A stretch of 24,353 nt of DNA from Gemmatimonadota bacterium (GTDB taxonomy: Bacteria; Gemmatimonadota; Gemmatimonadetes; Longimicrobiales; RSA9): NCBI GenBank assembly GCA_040905425.1, contig JBBDRO010000014.1, forward strand, positions 1-24,353. The letters are read 5' to 3'. The number at the start of each line of letters is the position of its first letter. The first letter of the stretch is position 1. Below the pieces are notes generated by a model. The model searched no databases and had not been told where the DNA came from. It saw nothing but the letters and a program-made list of their open reading frames with translations. The translations under genes were made by a program, and so were the position numbers. This document shows, one piece after another, positions 1-8,102 of this stretch.

Positions 1-1555
1 AGACCAGCCCCGCGCGCGGGGAGAAGATGGGATCCGGCAGCGCGCTGTGGTCATCCAGGCGGCCGGCCAGGACCAGGTTGAGATTGCCGGTCAGCGCCGT
101 CTCCGCTTGCAGGTAGCCGCCCACCTCGGTGGTCTCGTCCTCGTCCTCGTAGATCCCGTTGATGGTGCCCCGCGTCTGCGGATTGGTGTAGAAGTAATCC
201 GCACCGTAGACCAGGTCGAAGATGCCCACGTTCATGCCGTGCTGGAGCTGAGCCACGAGCAAAGTGGATTCGTCCACGATCGGCTGGCCGGTGCGCAGCA
301 GGTAGGTGTCCCCCGCGTTGCTCGTGTTAAGGTAGACCTGCCCGAACAGGCGGTTCCAGTCCGCGCGCGCCTGGTAGTAGCCGTAGCGCCAGTCCTTCAC
401 CTGTGCCGCTCCGAGCCCGGTCAGTTCAACGCCGTTGCCCACGTTGGTGAGACCGGTCTGGAAGGTGGTGGAGAGTTCGTCGGACGCGCGCCAGTCCAGG
501 CGCGCCTCGCCGCTGTATCGGCTGACGTCATTGTCCCGCATGCCTATGTTGGCAATGCGGGCGTTGGCTTCGGCCTCGGTGAGGCCCAGGTCGCGCCGGT
601 ACGCCGCCCGCGCCGCGGCGCCGCCCGCTCCGTCGAAGCGCTGCCGCTCCGCCGCCTCGTCGGGGTCCACGAAGCTGAACTCCTCCGCCTGCAGCAGCTG
701 CGCGGAGACCTTGAAGCCCACGTTGTCACTCAGCCGGTGGCCGGTGCGCACGGTGCCCTGCAGCACGTCCTGGTTGCCGCCGGTGAACGCCACGGTGGAG
801 CCGGGCTCGAGCAGTGGCGATTTGGTCATGAGATGGAGCACCCCGTCGGCCGTGTTCGGTCCGTAGAGCGCGGCGCCCGGGCCGAGCACCACCTCCATGC
901 GGCTCAGATCCTCGCTCGTGGTGGGCACGAAGTGCATCACGTTCACCCGCAGCGACGGCACGCTGGCCAGGCGGTGGTCCGTGAGCGTGTACAGCGCGCC
1001 CGAAAAGATGTTGTTGAAGCCGCGTACCACCACGTTGGTGGACAGGATGCCCTGCGTGATGACGTCCACGCCCGGGGTGCCGCGCAGATGATCCACGGGC
1101 GTCAGCGTGGGCCGGGCGGCGATCTCCCGCTCGTCGATCACCTCCACGTGGGCGGGCGCTTCCAGGGCACGCTCCACCTTCTTCGAACCGGTCACGATCA
1201 CCTGACCCAGGCCGATGGCCTGCTGGGCCAGGGCCAGGTCCAGTGTGGCCGTGCCGCCCGCCGTGACGCTGACACCCTCCCGCTTGAACGGAGCAAAGCC
1301 GATCAGGATCGCGGACACGTCGTAGCTCCCGGCGGCCAGGCCGGTCAGCAGGAAGCGCCCCTCGGTGTTGCTGATGCCATCCGTGACCACCCGCCCGCCC
1401 TGCGTGTACGCCTGCACCACCACGCCCGGCAGCGCCGTATTCGTGCGTGCGTCCGTGACCCGTCCAGTGATGGCTCCCGACTGCGCGGCGGTCGGAGCCG
1501 CCAGCAGGACCATCAGAAGGGTTGGCAGGAATGACCGTCGGAGCAGCGCGCCCAT
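1..1555 (-). CDS. TonB-dependent outer membrane receptor (signal peptide, carboxypeptidase-regulatory-like domain, plug, start of beta-barrel); 3' end runs off the window
   Basis: Not in the ORF track because it has no stop in the window. Manual translation from ATG at 1555 (SD-like GAGAGGT upstream): MGALLRRSFLPTLLMVLLAAPTAAQSGAITGRVTDARTNTALPGVVV...VIVTGSKKVERALEAPAHVEVI...LRGTPGVDV...VRGF...RMEVVLGPGAALYGPNTADGVLHLMTK, which contains the typical TBDR plug motifs. Confidence 0.93.
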   Translation of the reverse strand, partial: MGALLRRSFLPTLLMVLLAAPTAAQSGAITGRVTDARTNTALPGVVVQAYTQGGRVVTDGISNTEGRFLLTGLAAGSYDVSAILIGFAPFKREGVSVTAGGTATLDLALAQQAIGLGQVIVTGSKKVERALEAPAHVEVIDEREIAARPTLTPVDHLRGTPGVDVITQGILSTNVVVRGFNNIFSGALYTLTDHRLASVPSLRVNVMHFVPTTSEDLSRMEVVLGPGAALYGPNTADGVLHLMTKSPLLEPGSTVAFTGGNQDVLQGTVRTGHRLSDNVGFKVSAQLLQAEEFSFVDPDEAAERQRFDGAGGAAARAAYRRDLGLTEAEANARIANIGMRDNDVSRYSGEARLDWRASDELSTTFQTGLTNVGNGVELTGLGAAQVKDWRYGYYQARADWNRLFGQVYLNTSNAGDTYLLRTGQPIVDESTLLVAQLQHGMNVGIFDLVYGADYFYTNPQTRGTINGIYEDEDETTEVGGYLQAETALTGNLNLVLAGRLDDHSALPDPIFSPRAGLV

Positions 1556-1716
1556 GAAATACCTCTCGGTTGACGGGTGGCCATGCCACGGTCGACCATC
1601 GCGGGGCGCGAGCGTCCGTCGCCGGACGAACGTGCGTTGTCGAGGGCCGCCGCGGGGATGGGGTAATGACACCTGCACCGTTAGACGGTGCGATCGGCTC
1701 TGTTCGTGACCCGCCA

Positions 1717-1746
1717 AAGGTAGGATGCCTACGTGCAGGGGGTCAA
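1717..1746 (-). promoter_or_regulatory. Putative sigma70-type promoter for the TonB receptor
   Basis: Minus strand TTGACC (1746-1741), 18 nt spacer, TACCTT (1722-1717); implies a 5' UTR of about 155 nt. Confidence 0.55.
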
Positions 1747-1785
1747 GCAAAAACATCCAGGGAGGCTGCGGCGCCCCCGGACGCA

Positions 1786-1814
1786 TTGACCCTACCGCGG
1801 CGCCCCGCGATACT
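1786..1814 (+). promoter_or_regulatory. Putative sigma70-type promoter giving a leaderless mRNA for the GH125-like gene
   Basis: TTGACC (1786-1791), 17 nt, GATACT (1809-1814), 6 nt, ATG at 1821; no SD before the ATG. Confidence 0.6.
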
Positions 1815-1820
1815 GGCGCC

Positions 1821-3710
1821 ATGCGCGAGCAGAACCCGAGCGGCCCCACCGAGCTCACCGGCAATCACTACCTCTTCTTTCCCGACGTGCGTACGGCCGA
1901 CGCGGCGCTGGGCAGTGTCACGGCGCTCCACCGCGGGCTCGGCGGGGTGCTGGCATGGGACGGCGGGGATGAGCCGCTGCTGCGCCCGGTCATCCTGGAG
2001 GATGGCGCAGCGCTCGACCTGGGCCGGCTCCGTTGGGAGCGCCTGGACCGCTGGCTGCCGCGCTTCCAGGCGGCGGGTCCCCGGGCGCTAGGTGTCAGCG
2101 GGACGGTGTGCGCGCCAGGGGCGTGGGGCGGGGAGGTGCGTGGCGCCGTGTACCTCCTGGAGCTCGACAATCAGGCCCACCAGGATCGTGAGTTGGAGGT
2201 CCGCCTGGACGTGCGCTGGGCGGAGGCCCGGCTGGGCGTCCAGCACGCGCGCGTCCTGGACCTGCCGCGCCGTCTGCTGCGCCACGTGGACGGCGGTGCG
2301 CTCGTCCTGGAGATGGGCAGCGGTGCCGGGGACGGGGCCGCCCTTGCGCTGGCCGGCCCCGCCGGCACCACCTTCCTGGTGGACGGGGCGGAACTGGTGG
2401 CGGGCCAGGAGCGCCGCGCGGCCGGGGGGGAGCCGCTCGCCAGCACACTGCGCGTGGCGGTGCGGGTGCGTGCCCGCGCCCGGGTCACCGTGGCCTTCCA
2501 CCTGGCAGTGGCGCCTGAGCGGGACGGCGCGGCCGCGGGCACGCGCCGCCTGCGCCGGATCGGCGCTGCGGAGCTGCTGCGCCACGCCCGCCTGGAGCTG
2601 ACCAGCCTGCTCCGCGCACCGCGCCAGGGCGAATGGGCGGGTGTACTGAATCGGAATCTGCTGCTTGCCTACTACGGCACCGTGGGCCGGGCGCTCGACG
2701 ATGATCGTCCCTATCTGGTGGCGGGGCGGGATCCCGGAGCGGGTCCGAGCGGCGTCTTCACGGAGCGGGACGGGCTGCTCTGGACCCTGCCGGCGCTGTC
2801 GCTACTGGATGCGCCGCTGGCCCGCGAGGCCATGCTGAGTGCGCTCGAGTTGCACGGGCAGCGTGCGGGCCAGGGCGTGCGCTACATGGACGGCGGCCTG
2901 CTGGCGCCGGGCCTCTCCACCGCCAGCGCCGCGCTCTGGCCCGTGGCCATCGAACGCTACGCACGCGAGACCGGAGACGCCTCCCTGGCGGAGGATCCGC
3001 TCGTGCAGGAGTTGCTCCGTGATCTGGATGTGCTGCTGGCCGCGCGCCTGCATTCGGAGATCTTCCTGGCCGGCACCGAGACGCTCCTTTCGGGTCAGGA
3101 GGCGGACCATCCCTTCGCCGTGCTGGACAACGCGCTGCTCGCGGCCGCCACGGATGCCATGGACCGGCTACGGCGGCCCATGGAGGGGGAGCCGCCCGCG
3201 CGTCTGCACGGGGCGGGGGAGGAGGTCCGCGCGGCCGTGTGGCAGCATGGCACCGTGCCAGTGGCGGGGGAGGCCGTGCTGGCATCCTCCACGGACCTGG
3301 AGGGCGCCGCGGCCGTCTATGACGATCCCGACGCCAGCCTGGCGTTGCTCCCCGAACTGGGCTTCTGCGACCCGGAGGACCCGGTGTGGTCGGCCAGCAT
3401 GGCGTTTCTGCGTGGCGCGGACTACGAGCTGTGGAGCGAGGCGGGGGTGGTGGCCGCGCTTGCCCGGCGAGACCGACCCTCCGAGGGCCGTCTGGCGGCC
3501 GTATGCGCCGACCTCCTGGGGCCGCGGCGGGCGGAGGCGCTGCGCGCCCTGGCCGCGCTGCGCGCACCCGACGGCTTTGCCCGCGAGGCCTACGACCCCG
3601 CCACCGGTGACCTGGTCGGGCCGCCGCGCCCGGCCCTGGCCGGCTTGCTGGGCTGGACGCTGGCACGGGTGCTGGGCGAGAAGCCGCCGGGAGGATCCGC
3701 AGCGGCTTGA
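1821..3710 (+). CDS. Six-hairpin glycosidase-like protein, GH125 (metal-independent alpha-mannosidase)-like, possibly catalytically degenerate
   Basis: Start trimmed to ATG 1821. Motifs TGNHYL, ERDGLLWTLPAL, RYMDG..L.PG, RYARETGD, YDDPDASLALLPELGF and GFAREAYDPATG resemble the long GH125-like family as I recall it. Confidence 0.65.
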   Translation: MREQNPSGPTELTGNHYLFFPDVRTADAALGSVTALHRGLGGVLAWDGGDEPLLRPVILEDGAALDLGRLRWERLDRWLPRFQAAGPRALGVSGTVCAPGAWGGEVRGAVYLLELDNQAHQDRELEVRLDVRWAEARLGVQHARVLDLPRRLLRHVDGGALVLEMGSGAGDGAALALAGPAGTTFLVDGAELVAGQERRAAGGEPLASTLRVAVRVRARARVTVAFHLAVAPERDGAAAGTRRLRRIGAAELLRHARLELTSLLRAPRQGEWAGVLNRNLLLAYYGTVGRALDDDRPYLVAGRDPGAGPSGVFTERDGLLWTLPALSLLDAPLAREAMLSALELHGQRAGQGVRYMDGGLLAPGLSTASAALWPVAIERYARETGDASLAEDPLVQELLRDLDVLLAARLHSEIFLAGTETLLSGQEADHPFAVLDNALLAAATDAMDRLRRPMEGEPPARLHGAGEEVRAAVWQHGTVPVAGEAVLASSTDLEGAAAVYDDPDASLALLPELGFCDPEDPVWSASMAFLRGADYELWSEAGVVAALARRDRPSEGRLAAVCADLLGPRRAEALRALAALRAPDGFAREAYDPATGDLVGPPRPALAGLLGWTLARVLGEKPPGGSAAA

Positions 3711-3735
3711 TTCTGCTCCCATCCGGGGCTAGACT
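3707..3735 (+). promoter_or_regulatory. Putative promoter of tRNA-Cys
   Basis: TTGATT (3707-3712, includes the upstream gene's TGA), 17 nt, TAGACT (3730-3735). Confidence 0.6.
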
Positions 3736-3781
3736 CGGGCCCGCGAATCCTGCCGGCCATTGGAGGGTAGGACGAGTATCC

Positions 3782-3853
3782 GGCCCCGTAGCCAAGTGGT
3801 AAGGCGAGGGTCTGCAAAACCCTTATGCGGCGGTTCGAATCCGCCCGGGGCCT
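3782..3853 (+). tRNA. tRNA-Cys (GCA), CCA not encoded
   Basis: Acceptor stem GGCCCCG/CGGGGCC, D arm GCCAAGTGGTAAGGC, anticodon arm AGGGT-CTGCAAA-ACCCT, T arm GGCGG-TTCGAAT-CCGCC, U73 discriminator typical of Cys; followed by CTA. Confidence 0.97.
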
Positions 3854-3914
3854 CTAGGGAGATCGAGGTTTCCACAAGCCGGTTGCCAACAGATTTGCCG
3901 ATATTCGGCACCAA

Positions 3915-3948
3915 GAAGCGCCCCTGCCGGGATCGGTGGGGGCGCTTT
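3915..3948. terminator. Probable bidirectional intrinsic terminator between tRNA-Cys and the toxin gene
   Basis: AAGCGCCCCTGCCG-GGAT-CGGTGGGGGCGCTT, a 14-bp stem with two G-U pairs as read on +, A-rich on the left and TTT on the right, between convergent units. Confidence 0.7.
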
Positions 3949-3976
3949 CGTGATGCGATCCGCACATCCACGCAGG

Positions 3977-4315
3977 CTACAAGCCAAGCAAGGCGCACAC
4001 GGCGTACTCTACCTCCGCCATGGTCTTGGAATCGACGGTTCCCAGTTGTTGCTCAAACCGATCTTTCGAAAGGCTGCGGACATCCTCGCACTTGATGAAG
4101 CCCACCTTCTTCATGGCCGGCGGCTCCACCCGGATGTGTGAAACGATCCGCTTGTCCTTCGTGGTCATCGGCAACGCAACCACCAGGTCGGCTGGACCGT
4201 GGTTGAATTTATCCACGGAAAGGACCAGCGCCGGTCGCCTACCAGCTTGTTCCCGGCCCCTGATCGGGTTGAGGTCCACGAGCCATATTTCACCCCGGCT
4301 CGGGTGGCGCTTCAC
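3977..4315 (-). CDS. mazF: Type II toxin, MazF/PemK family endoribonuclease
   Basis: RGEIWLVDLNPIRGREQAGRRPALVLS...VVALPMTT...CEDVRSLSKDRF...LG. GTG start at 4315 overlaps the antitoxin TGA (GTGA). Confidence 0.93.
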   Translation of the reverse strand: MKRHPSRGEIWLVDLNPIRGREQAGRRPALVLSVDKFNHGPADLVVALPMTTKDKRIVSHIRVEPPAMKKVGFIKCEDVRSLSKDRFEQQLGTVDSKTMAEVEYAVCALLGL

Positions 4316-4554
4316 CCGTTGTCCTCGACGTGGCCGGCTGCGTCCCACTCAGCCCGCTCCGCTAGTTCCTCCTGCCAGGCATCGGGATCCGCCCGCAGGG
4401 CGGTGAAGCTATCGTTCAGCCGCTCAAGATATACGTCCCGCTCGAACGCACGAAGGGCCGTGTCGATCACCTCCGACTGTGTCTTCCCGGTCAGGTCGGC
4501 CAGGCGAGTCAAGCGCTTGTGGGTATCGGGGGAGATGCGAGCTTGTGTTGCCAT
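4312..4554 (-). CDS. Cognate antitoxin, ribbon-helix-helix N-terminus with acidic C-terminus
   Basis: 80 aa: TQARISPDTHKRLTRLADLTGKTQSEVIDTAL (RHH pattern), then WQEELAERAEWD. Directly upstream of and coupled to the toxin; SD GAGGT. Confidence 0.88.
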   Translation of the reverse strand: MATQARISPDTHKRLTRLADLTGKTQSEVIDTALRAFERDVYLERLNDSFTALRADPDAWQEELAERAEWDAAGHVEDNG

Positions 4555-4629
4555 GCAGGTACCTCATGCTTCACGGTGGACTACCGTGGGAGGGAGTCTG
4601 CCTTCTCATCTTGATGGGCAGCCAGGATG

Positions 4630-4659
4630 ATCCTAGCGGCAGAACCGTGCTCCTGTCAA
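4630..4659 (-). promoter_or_regulatory. Putative promoter of the TA operon
   Basis: Minus strand TTGACA (4659-4654), 18 nt, TAGGAT (4635-4630). Confidence 0.65.
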
Positions 4660-4706
4660 CAGATACGTCGACGGATCTGTATGCAGGCCGCGCATGGACG
4701 CGTCCC

Positions 4707-5609
4707 TCAGAACACCACGGACAACCCCACCGCCGTGCCGTCCTCCATGCCCGCCTCGCTAAAGGGCTGCACCCGCACCGCCCGCCGATGCTCCTGCCCG
4801 AAACTAGCAATGCAGCGGCCCACCACGGTGCCGATGAGCGCGCCGGCCGTGACGTCGGAGAGGTGGTGCGCATCGTTGACCAGGCGGTGCAGCGCCACGC
4901 CGCCGGCCAGGCCGTAGGCCGCGGCGTCCACCCAGCCGCTGTCGTACTCCGTGGCGATTACGGATGCCACCGCGAACGCCTGCGTGACGTGGCCAGAGGG
5001 AAAGCCGATGTGGCCGCTGAAGGGTTCGAAATCATGGGTATCGGGCGAGTGGCGCGGACGCTTGCGGCCCACGACGCGCTGCAGGACCGGTGTGATGATG
5101 CCTCCCGCCAGCACGCTGGCCGCCAGCCCCTCGAGCGCCACGCTACGCGCGCGTCGATCGTCCAGCACCAGCCCCGCGGCGTAGAAGCCGCCCAGCACGC
5201 CGAAGCTGGCCTCCATGCCCAGCGGCTCCACGACGTCCAGCACGGCGTACGCCGCGTCGGGGAGCGGCCGATTGGCCAGTTCGCGGGCCCACTCGTCCAT
5301 CAGCGAGATGCCGGCAATGCCGCCGACCCACGAGGGAAAGGCGGTCCACGCCTCTTCATCCCAGTTGCGCGGTGAGCTTAACGAGTGCACGAAGGTGGCA
5401 CGCAGTAGCCCGAATTCACCAGCCAGGGTCGGCCCCGCCGGGCGCTGCGTCTTGCCGATGGCCGCGGTTGCGGTCGCGGTGGCGACCGGCAGCGCGGCGG
5501 ATCCGTCCTGCGCGGCCGCCGGCACCGCCAGCAGCAGGCCGGCCAGCAGGGGCATCACCCACCGGCCGGGGCGAGCGCAGCAAGGGATGAGCGTCCGAGG
5601 GTGCGTCAT
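4707..5609 (-). CDS. PAP2 superfamily phosphatase with N-terminal signal peptide
   Basis: Motifs QRVVGRKRP (C1), FPSGH (C2), HRLVNDAHHLSDV (C3); hydrophobic segments; GGAG SD upstream of ATG 5609. Confidence 0.88.
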   Translation of the reverse strand: MTHPRTLIPCCARPGRWVMPLLAGLLLAVPAAAQDGSAALPVATATATAAIGKTQRPAGPTLAGEFGLLRATFVHSLSSPRNWDEEAWTAFPSWVGGIAGISLMDEWARELANRPLPDAAYAVLDVVEPLGMEASFGVLGGFYAAGLVLDDRRARSVALEGLAASVLAGGIITPVLQRVVGRKRPRHSPDTHDFEPFSGHIGFPSGHVTQAFAVASVIATEYDSGWVDAAAYGLAGGVALHRLVNDAHHLSDVTAGALIGTVVGRCIASFGQEHRRAVRVQPFSEAGMEDGTAVGLSVVF

Positions 5610-5713
5610 TGCACGGGCTCCGTACGTGTATGGACCAATGATCGCGGTCGGGAATCCCTCGGCCCGGGTCGGATCACACCGGCGCCGGCAGGCGGTCGGG
5701 GCGAGGGTGGATC

Positions 5714-5742
5714 ATTCTGTCGGATATCGCGTGCCGACGCAA
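5714..5742 (-). promoter_or_regulatory. Putative promoter of the PAP2 gene
   Basis: Minus strand TTGCGT (5742-5737), 17 nt, CAGAAT (5719-5714). Confidence 0.45.
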
Positions 5743-5752
5743 GATGGCCGGC

Positions 5753-5782
5753 TTGACGCCCGGCCACGCCGGTAGCCAGCTT
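5753..5782 (+). promoter_or_regulatory. Putative promoter giving a leaderless argH mRNA
   Basis: TTGACG (5753-5758), 18 nt, CAGCTT (5777-5782), 6 nt, ATG 5789; no SD. Confidence 0.45.
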
Positions 5783-5788
5783 GCCGCC

Positions 5789-7201
5789 ATGGAAAAGCAC
5801 GAGACCGATCAGCACGGGTCGGGGACGCAGGGGCACCGCCTGTGGGGTGGGCGCTTCGAGGGCGGGCCGGCACCGTCCCTCGACGCTCTGAACCGCAGCC
5901 TGCCGGTGGACATCCGCCTGTGGCGCGAGGATATCGAGGGCAGCCGCGCCTGGGTCCAGGGGCTGCTCGGCGCCGGCGTGCTGGACGCGGCCGAGGCCGC
6001 GGCGCTGGACGCCGGGCTGGAGGCGGTGGCGGAGCGCCTGGGGGACGGAGCGGCGGAAGGCGCACCGGACGAGGACATCCACTCTCTGGTCGAGCGTCTG
6101 CTGTACGAGGAGGTGGGCGAACTGGCCGGCAAGCTCCATACGGGGCGCTCGCGCAACGACCAGGTGGCCACCGACACGCGCCTCTGGGCCATGCGCGCCG
6201 GGGCCCGCCTGGCCACTGAACTGGCCGCGCTGCAGGCGGCGCTCGTGGAGCAGGCGGCGGCCACCGTGGATCTGTTGATGCCGGCGTACACCCACCTGCG
6301 CCGGGCCCAGCCGGTGCGCGCGGCTCACTGGCTGCTCAGCCACTTCTGGGCCTTCCAGCGAGACCGCGATCGCCTGCACGACGCGCTCGAACGAGTGGCC
6401 GTGCTGCCGCTGGGCTCGGGCGCCATTGCCGGCACCGGTTTTCCCGTGGATCGCACCCGCCTCCAGGAGTTGCTGGGTTTCCGGGCGGTGGCGCCGAACT
6501 CGATGGACGCGGTGGGGGACCGGGACTGGATTGCCGAACTGGTCTTCTGGGCGGCGCTGACGGGCGCCCACCTGTCCCGGCTGGCCGAGGACCTGATCCT
6601 GTACGGCAGTGACGAATTCGGCTTCGTGGAGCTCCCCGAGGCCTACACCACCGGCTCCTCCCTCATGCCGCAGAAGCGCAACCCCGACGGGCTGGAACTG
6701 GCACGCGGCAAGGCGGCCCGCCTGGCCGGGGACGCCGCCGCGGCGCTGGGCGTGCTGAAGGCGCTGCCCGCCGGCTACAACAAGGACCTGCAGGAGGACA
6801 AGACGCTCCTGTTCGGCGCCTTCGATGCCATGGGCGCCCTGCTGCCTGTGACGCGGGAGACGGTGGCGGGGCTGCGCTTCCAGCCCGACGCCATCGCGGC
6901 GGCGCTGGCCGACGAGGCACTGCTGGCCACCGACCTGGCGGATGCCCTGGTGCGCCGCGGCGTGCCGTTCCGCGAGGCGCACGGCGCGGTCGGGCGGCTG
7001 CTGCGCGCCGCCGCCGCGGCCGGCGTGGCGCCGAGCGCCCTGGAGGACGACGCTTGGGCCGCCGCCCACGCCGCCTTTCTCGAGGGCGGCCGCCCCCCGT
7101 TGGACGCGGAGGCGTCCGTGGAGGCGCGTGGCACCATCGGCGGTACGGCGCGCGCAGCCGTACTGGAGCAGCTGTCCGCCGCGCGCGCCACTCTGGGCTG
7201 A
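5789..7201 (+). CDS. argH: Argininosuccinate lyase
   Basis: LWGGRF, EDIH, KLHTGRSRNDQVATD, MPAYTHL, signature GSSLMPQKRNPD, YNKDLQEDK, GVPFREAH. Start trimmed to ATG 5789. Confidence 0.97.
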   Translation: MEKHETDQHGSGTQGHRLWGGRFEGGPAPSLDALNRSLPVDIRLWREDIEGSRAWVQGLLGAGVLDAAEAAALDAGLEAVAERLGDGAAEGAPDEDIHSLVERLLYEEVGELAGKLHTGRSRNDQVATDTRLWAMRAGARLATELAALQAALVEQAAATVDLLMPAYTHLRRAQPVRAAHWLLSHFWAFQRDRDRLHDALERVAVLPLGSGAIAGTGFPVDRTRLQELLGFRAVAPNSMDAVGDRDWIAELVFWAALTGAHLSRLAEDLILYGSDEFGFVELPEAYTTGSSLMPQKRNPDGLELARGKAARLAGDAAAALGVLKALPAGYNKDLQEDKTLLFGAFDAMGALLPVTRETVAGLRFQPDAIAAALADEALLATDLADALVRRGVPFREAHGAVGRLLRAAAAAGVAPSALEDDAWAAAHAAFLEGGRPPLDAEASVEARGTIGGTARAAVLEQLSAARATLG

Positions 7202-7304
7202 AGCGGACGGGAACGGGAATTGCACCCGCCCCGCCACCGACGAGCGTCGGCCGCGGGCTCCCCGCGCGCCGGCATGCAGCGCACGAGTCGCGTCGGGAGT
7301 ACGC

Positions 7305-8018
7305 GTGAAAAACCCCTTTACAGCCAACGATCTGCCGGAAGCCTTGCGCCGCCGCCTCGACCTGGCCGTGGCCGTGGCGCAGGAACGCCTCCTTACCACC
7401 CACGTGGACCACGCGCTGAGGCTCATCCAGCTCGTGGGTGACCAGGTCCCCTTCGAAAGCGCGCTGGACATCTATACGCGCATGCTGCGCCTCTCGGATG
7501 ATGAGGCGCGCGTCATCACCACGCGGGCGCTGGCTATCCTGGGAGAGCAGGCCGCGGAATCCTCCGAATGGCCCGATCTGGTGGCGGAGGAGCGGGTGTC
7601 ACCGGACACCGAGCGGCGCTCCTTCATGAAGGGCATGCGCGAGCGGCTCCGGGGCCGGGTCAAGGAGGACCTGCGGCGCTATGTGGAGCTGTCGGCGGCC
7701 ACCACCGAGGTAGCCATCCTCGAGACGCACGTGCAGAACGCGCTGAACTTCGTGGAACTGCTCAAGGACGAGCAGCCACTGGGCGAAGCCGTGGAGATGT
7801 ACCTGGAGGCACTCGAGGTGCGCGACAGCGTGGGGGAGGTGACGTACTACATCACGCTCTCCCGCCTGGCCGACGAGTATCTGCCGAACCGTGACAGCCG
7901 GTCCCGCACACCCGACGTGACGGGCCAGCGCGACGAGCGGTCCGTGACGGCCCAGCGCGACGCGTCGTCCGTGGCGGGCCAGCGCGACGCGCCGGGCGCG
8001 CCGGTGGACACCGACTGA
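7305..8018 (+). CDS. Hypothetical helical protein with two internal ~68-aa repeats and a repetitive tail
   Basis: GTG at 7305 with GGGAG SD; G/C-ending codons as in neighbouring genes; internal duplication (see findings). Confidence 0.8.
   Translation: MKNPFTANDLPEALRRRLDLAVAVAQERLLTTHVDHALRLIQLVGDQVPFESALDIYTRMLRLSDDEARVITTRALAILGEQAAESSEWPDLVAEERVSPDTERRSFMKGMRERLRGRVKEDLRRYVELSAATTEVAILETHVQNALNFVELLKDEQPLGEAVEMYLEALEVRDSVGEVTYYITLSRLADEYLPNRDSRSRTPDVTGQRDERSVTAQRDASSVAGQRDAPGAPVDTD
7916..7991 (+). repeat. 27-nt tandem repeat, about 2.8 imperfect copies, in frame ([25 protein letters not shown])
   Basis: Units begin at 7916, 7943 and 7970 with consensus CGTG(A/G)CGG(G/C)CCAGCGCGACG. Confidence 0.9.
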
Positions 8019-8044
8019 TCCGGGCCGAGCCCGGTCGAACGCGC

Positions 8045-8074
8045 GGCGCGCCGTCCCCACGGGGAGGGCGCGCC
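8045..8074. terminator. GC-rich hairpin between convergent genes; possible terminator without a U tract
   Basis: GGCGCGCC-G-TCCC-CACG-GGGA-G-GGCGCGCC. Confidence 0.45.
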
Positions 8075-8102
8075 CCGCCGCGTTCGGGGATACGCCTGCG
8101 CG

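Noticed and set aside
47..1534. 495-aa plus-strand ORF
   Set aside because: Antisense shadow of the TonB receptor on the minus strand; no recognisable motifs.
1556..1712. Cobalamin or TPP riboswitch upstream of the TonB receptor
   Set aside because: I could not find the B12-box/GCCACUG or CUGAGA signature motifs by eye.
3830..5700. attL/attR duplication of the tRNA-Cys 3' end bounding an island
   Set aside because: Only a weak resemblance near 5650-5670 (GAATCC...CCCGGG); no convincing direct repeat and no integrase.
5606..7471. 621-aa minus-strand ORF, and similar long antisense ORFs at 8253-9302, 12545-14110, 16923-18521 and 20884-22905
   Set aside because: They lie opposite well-supported genes (argH, aroF, rnz, rpsA, pccB); long stop-free shadow frames are expected at this GC content.
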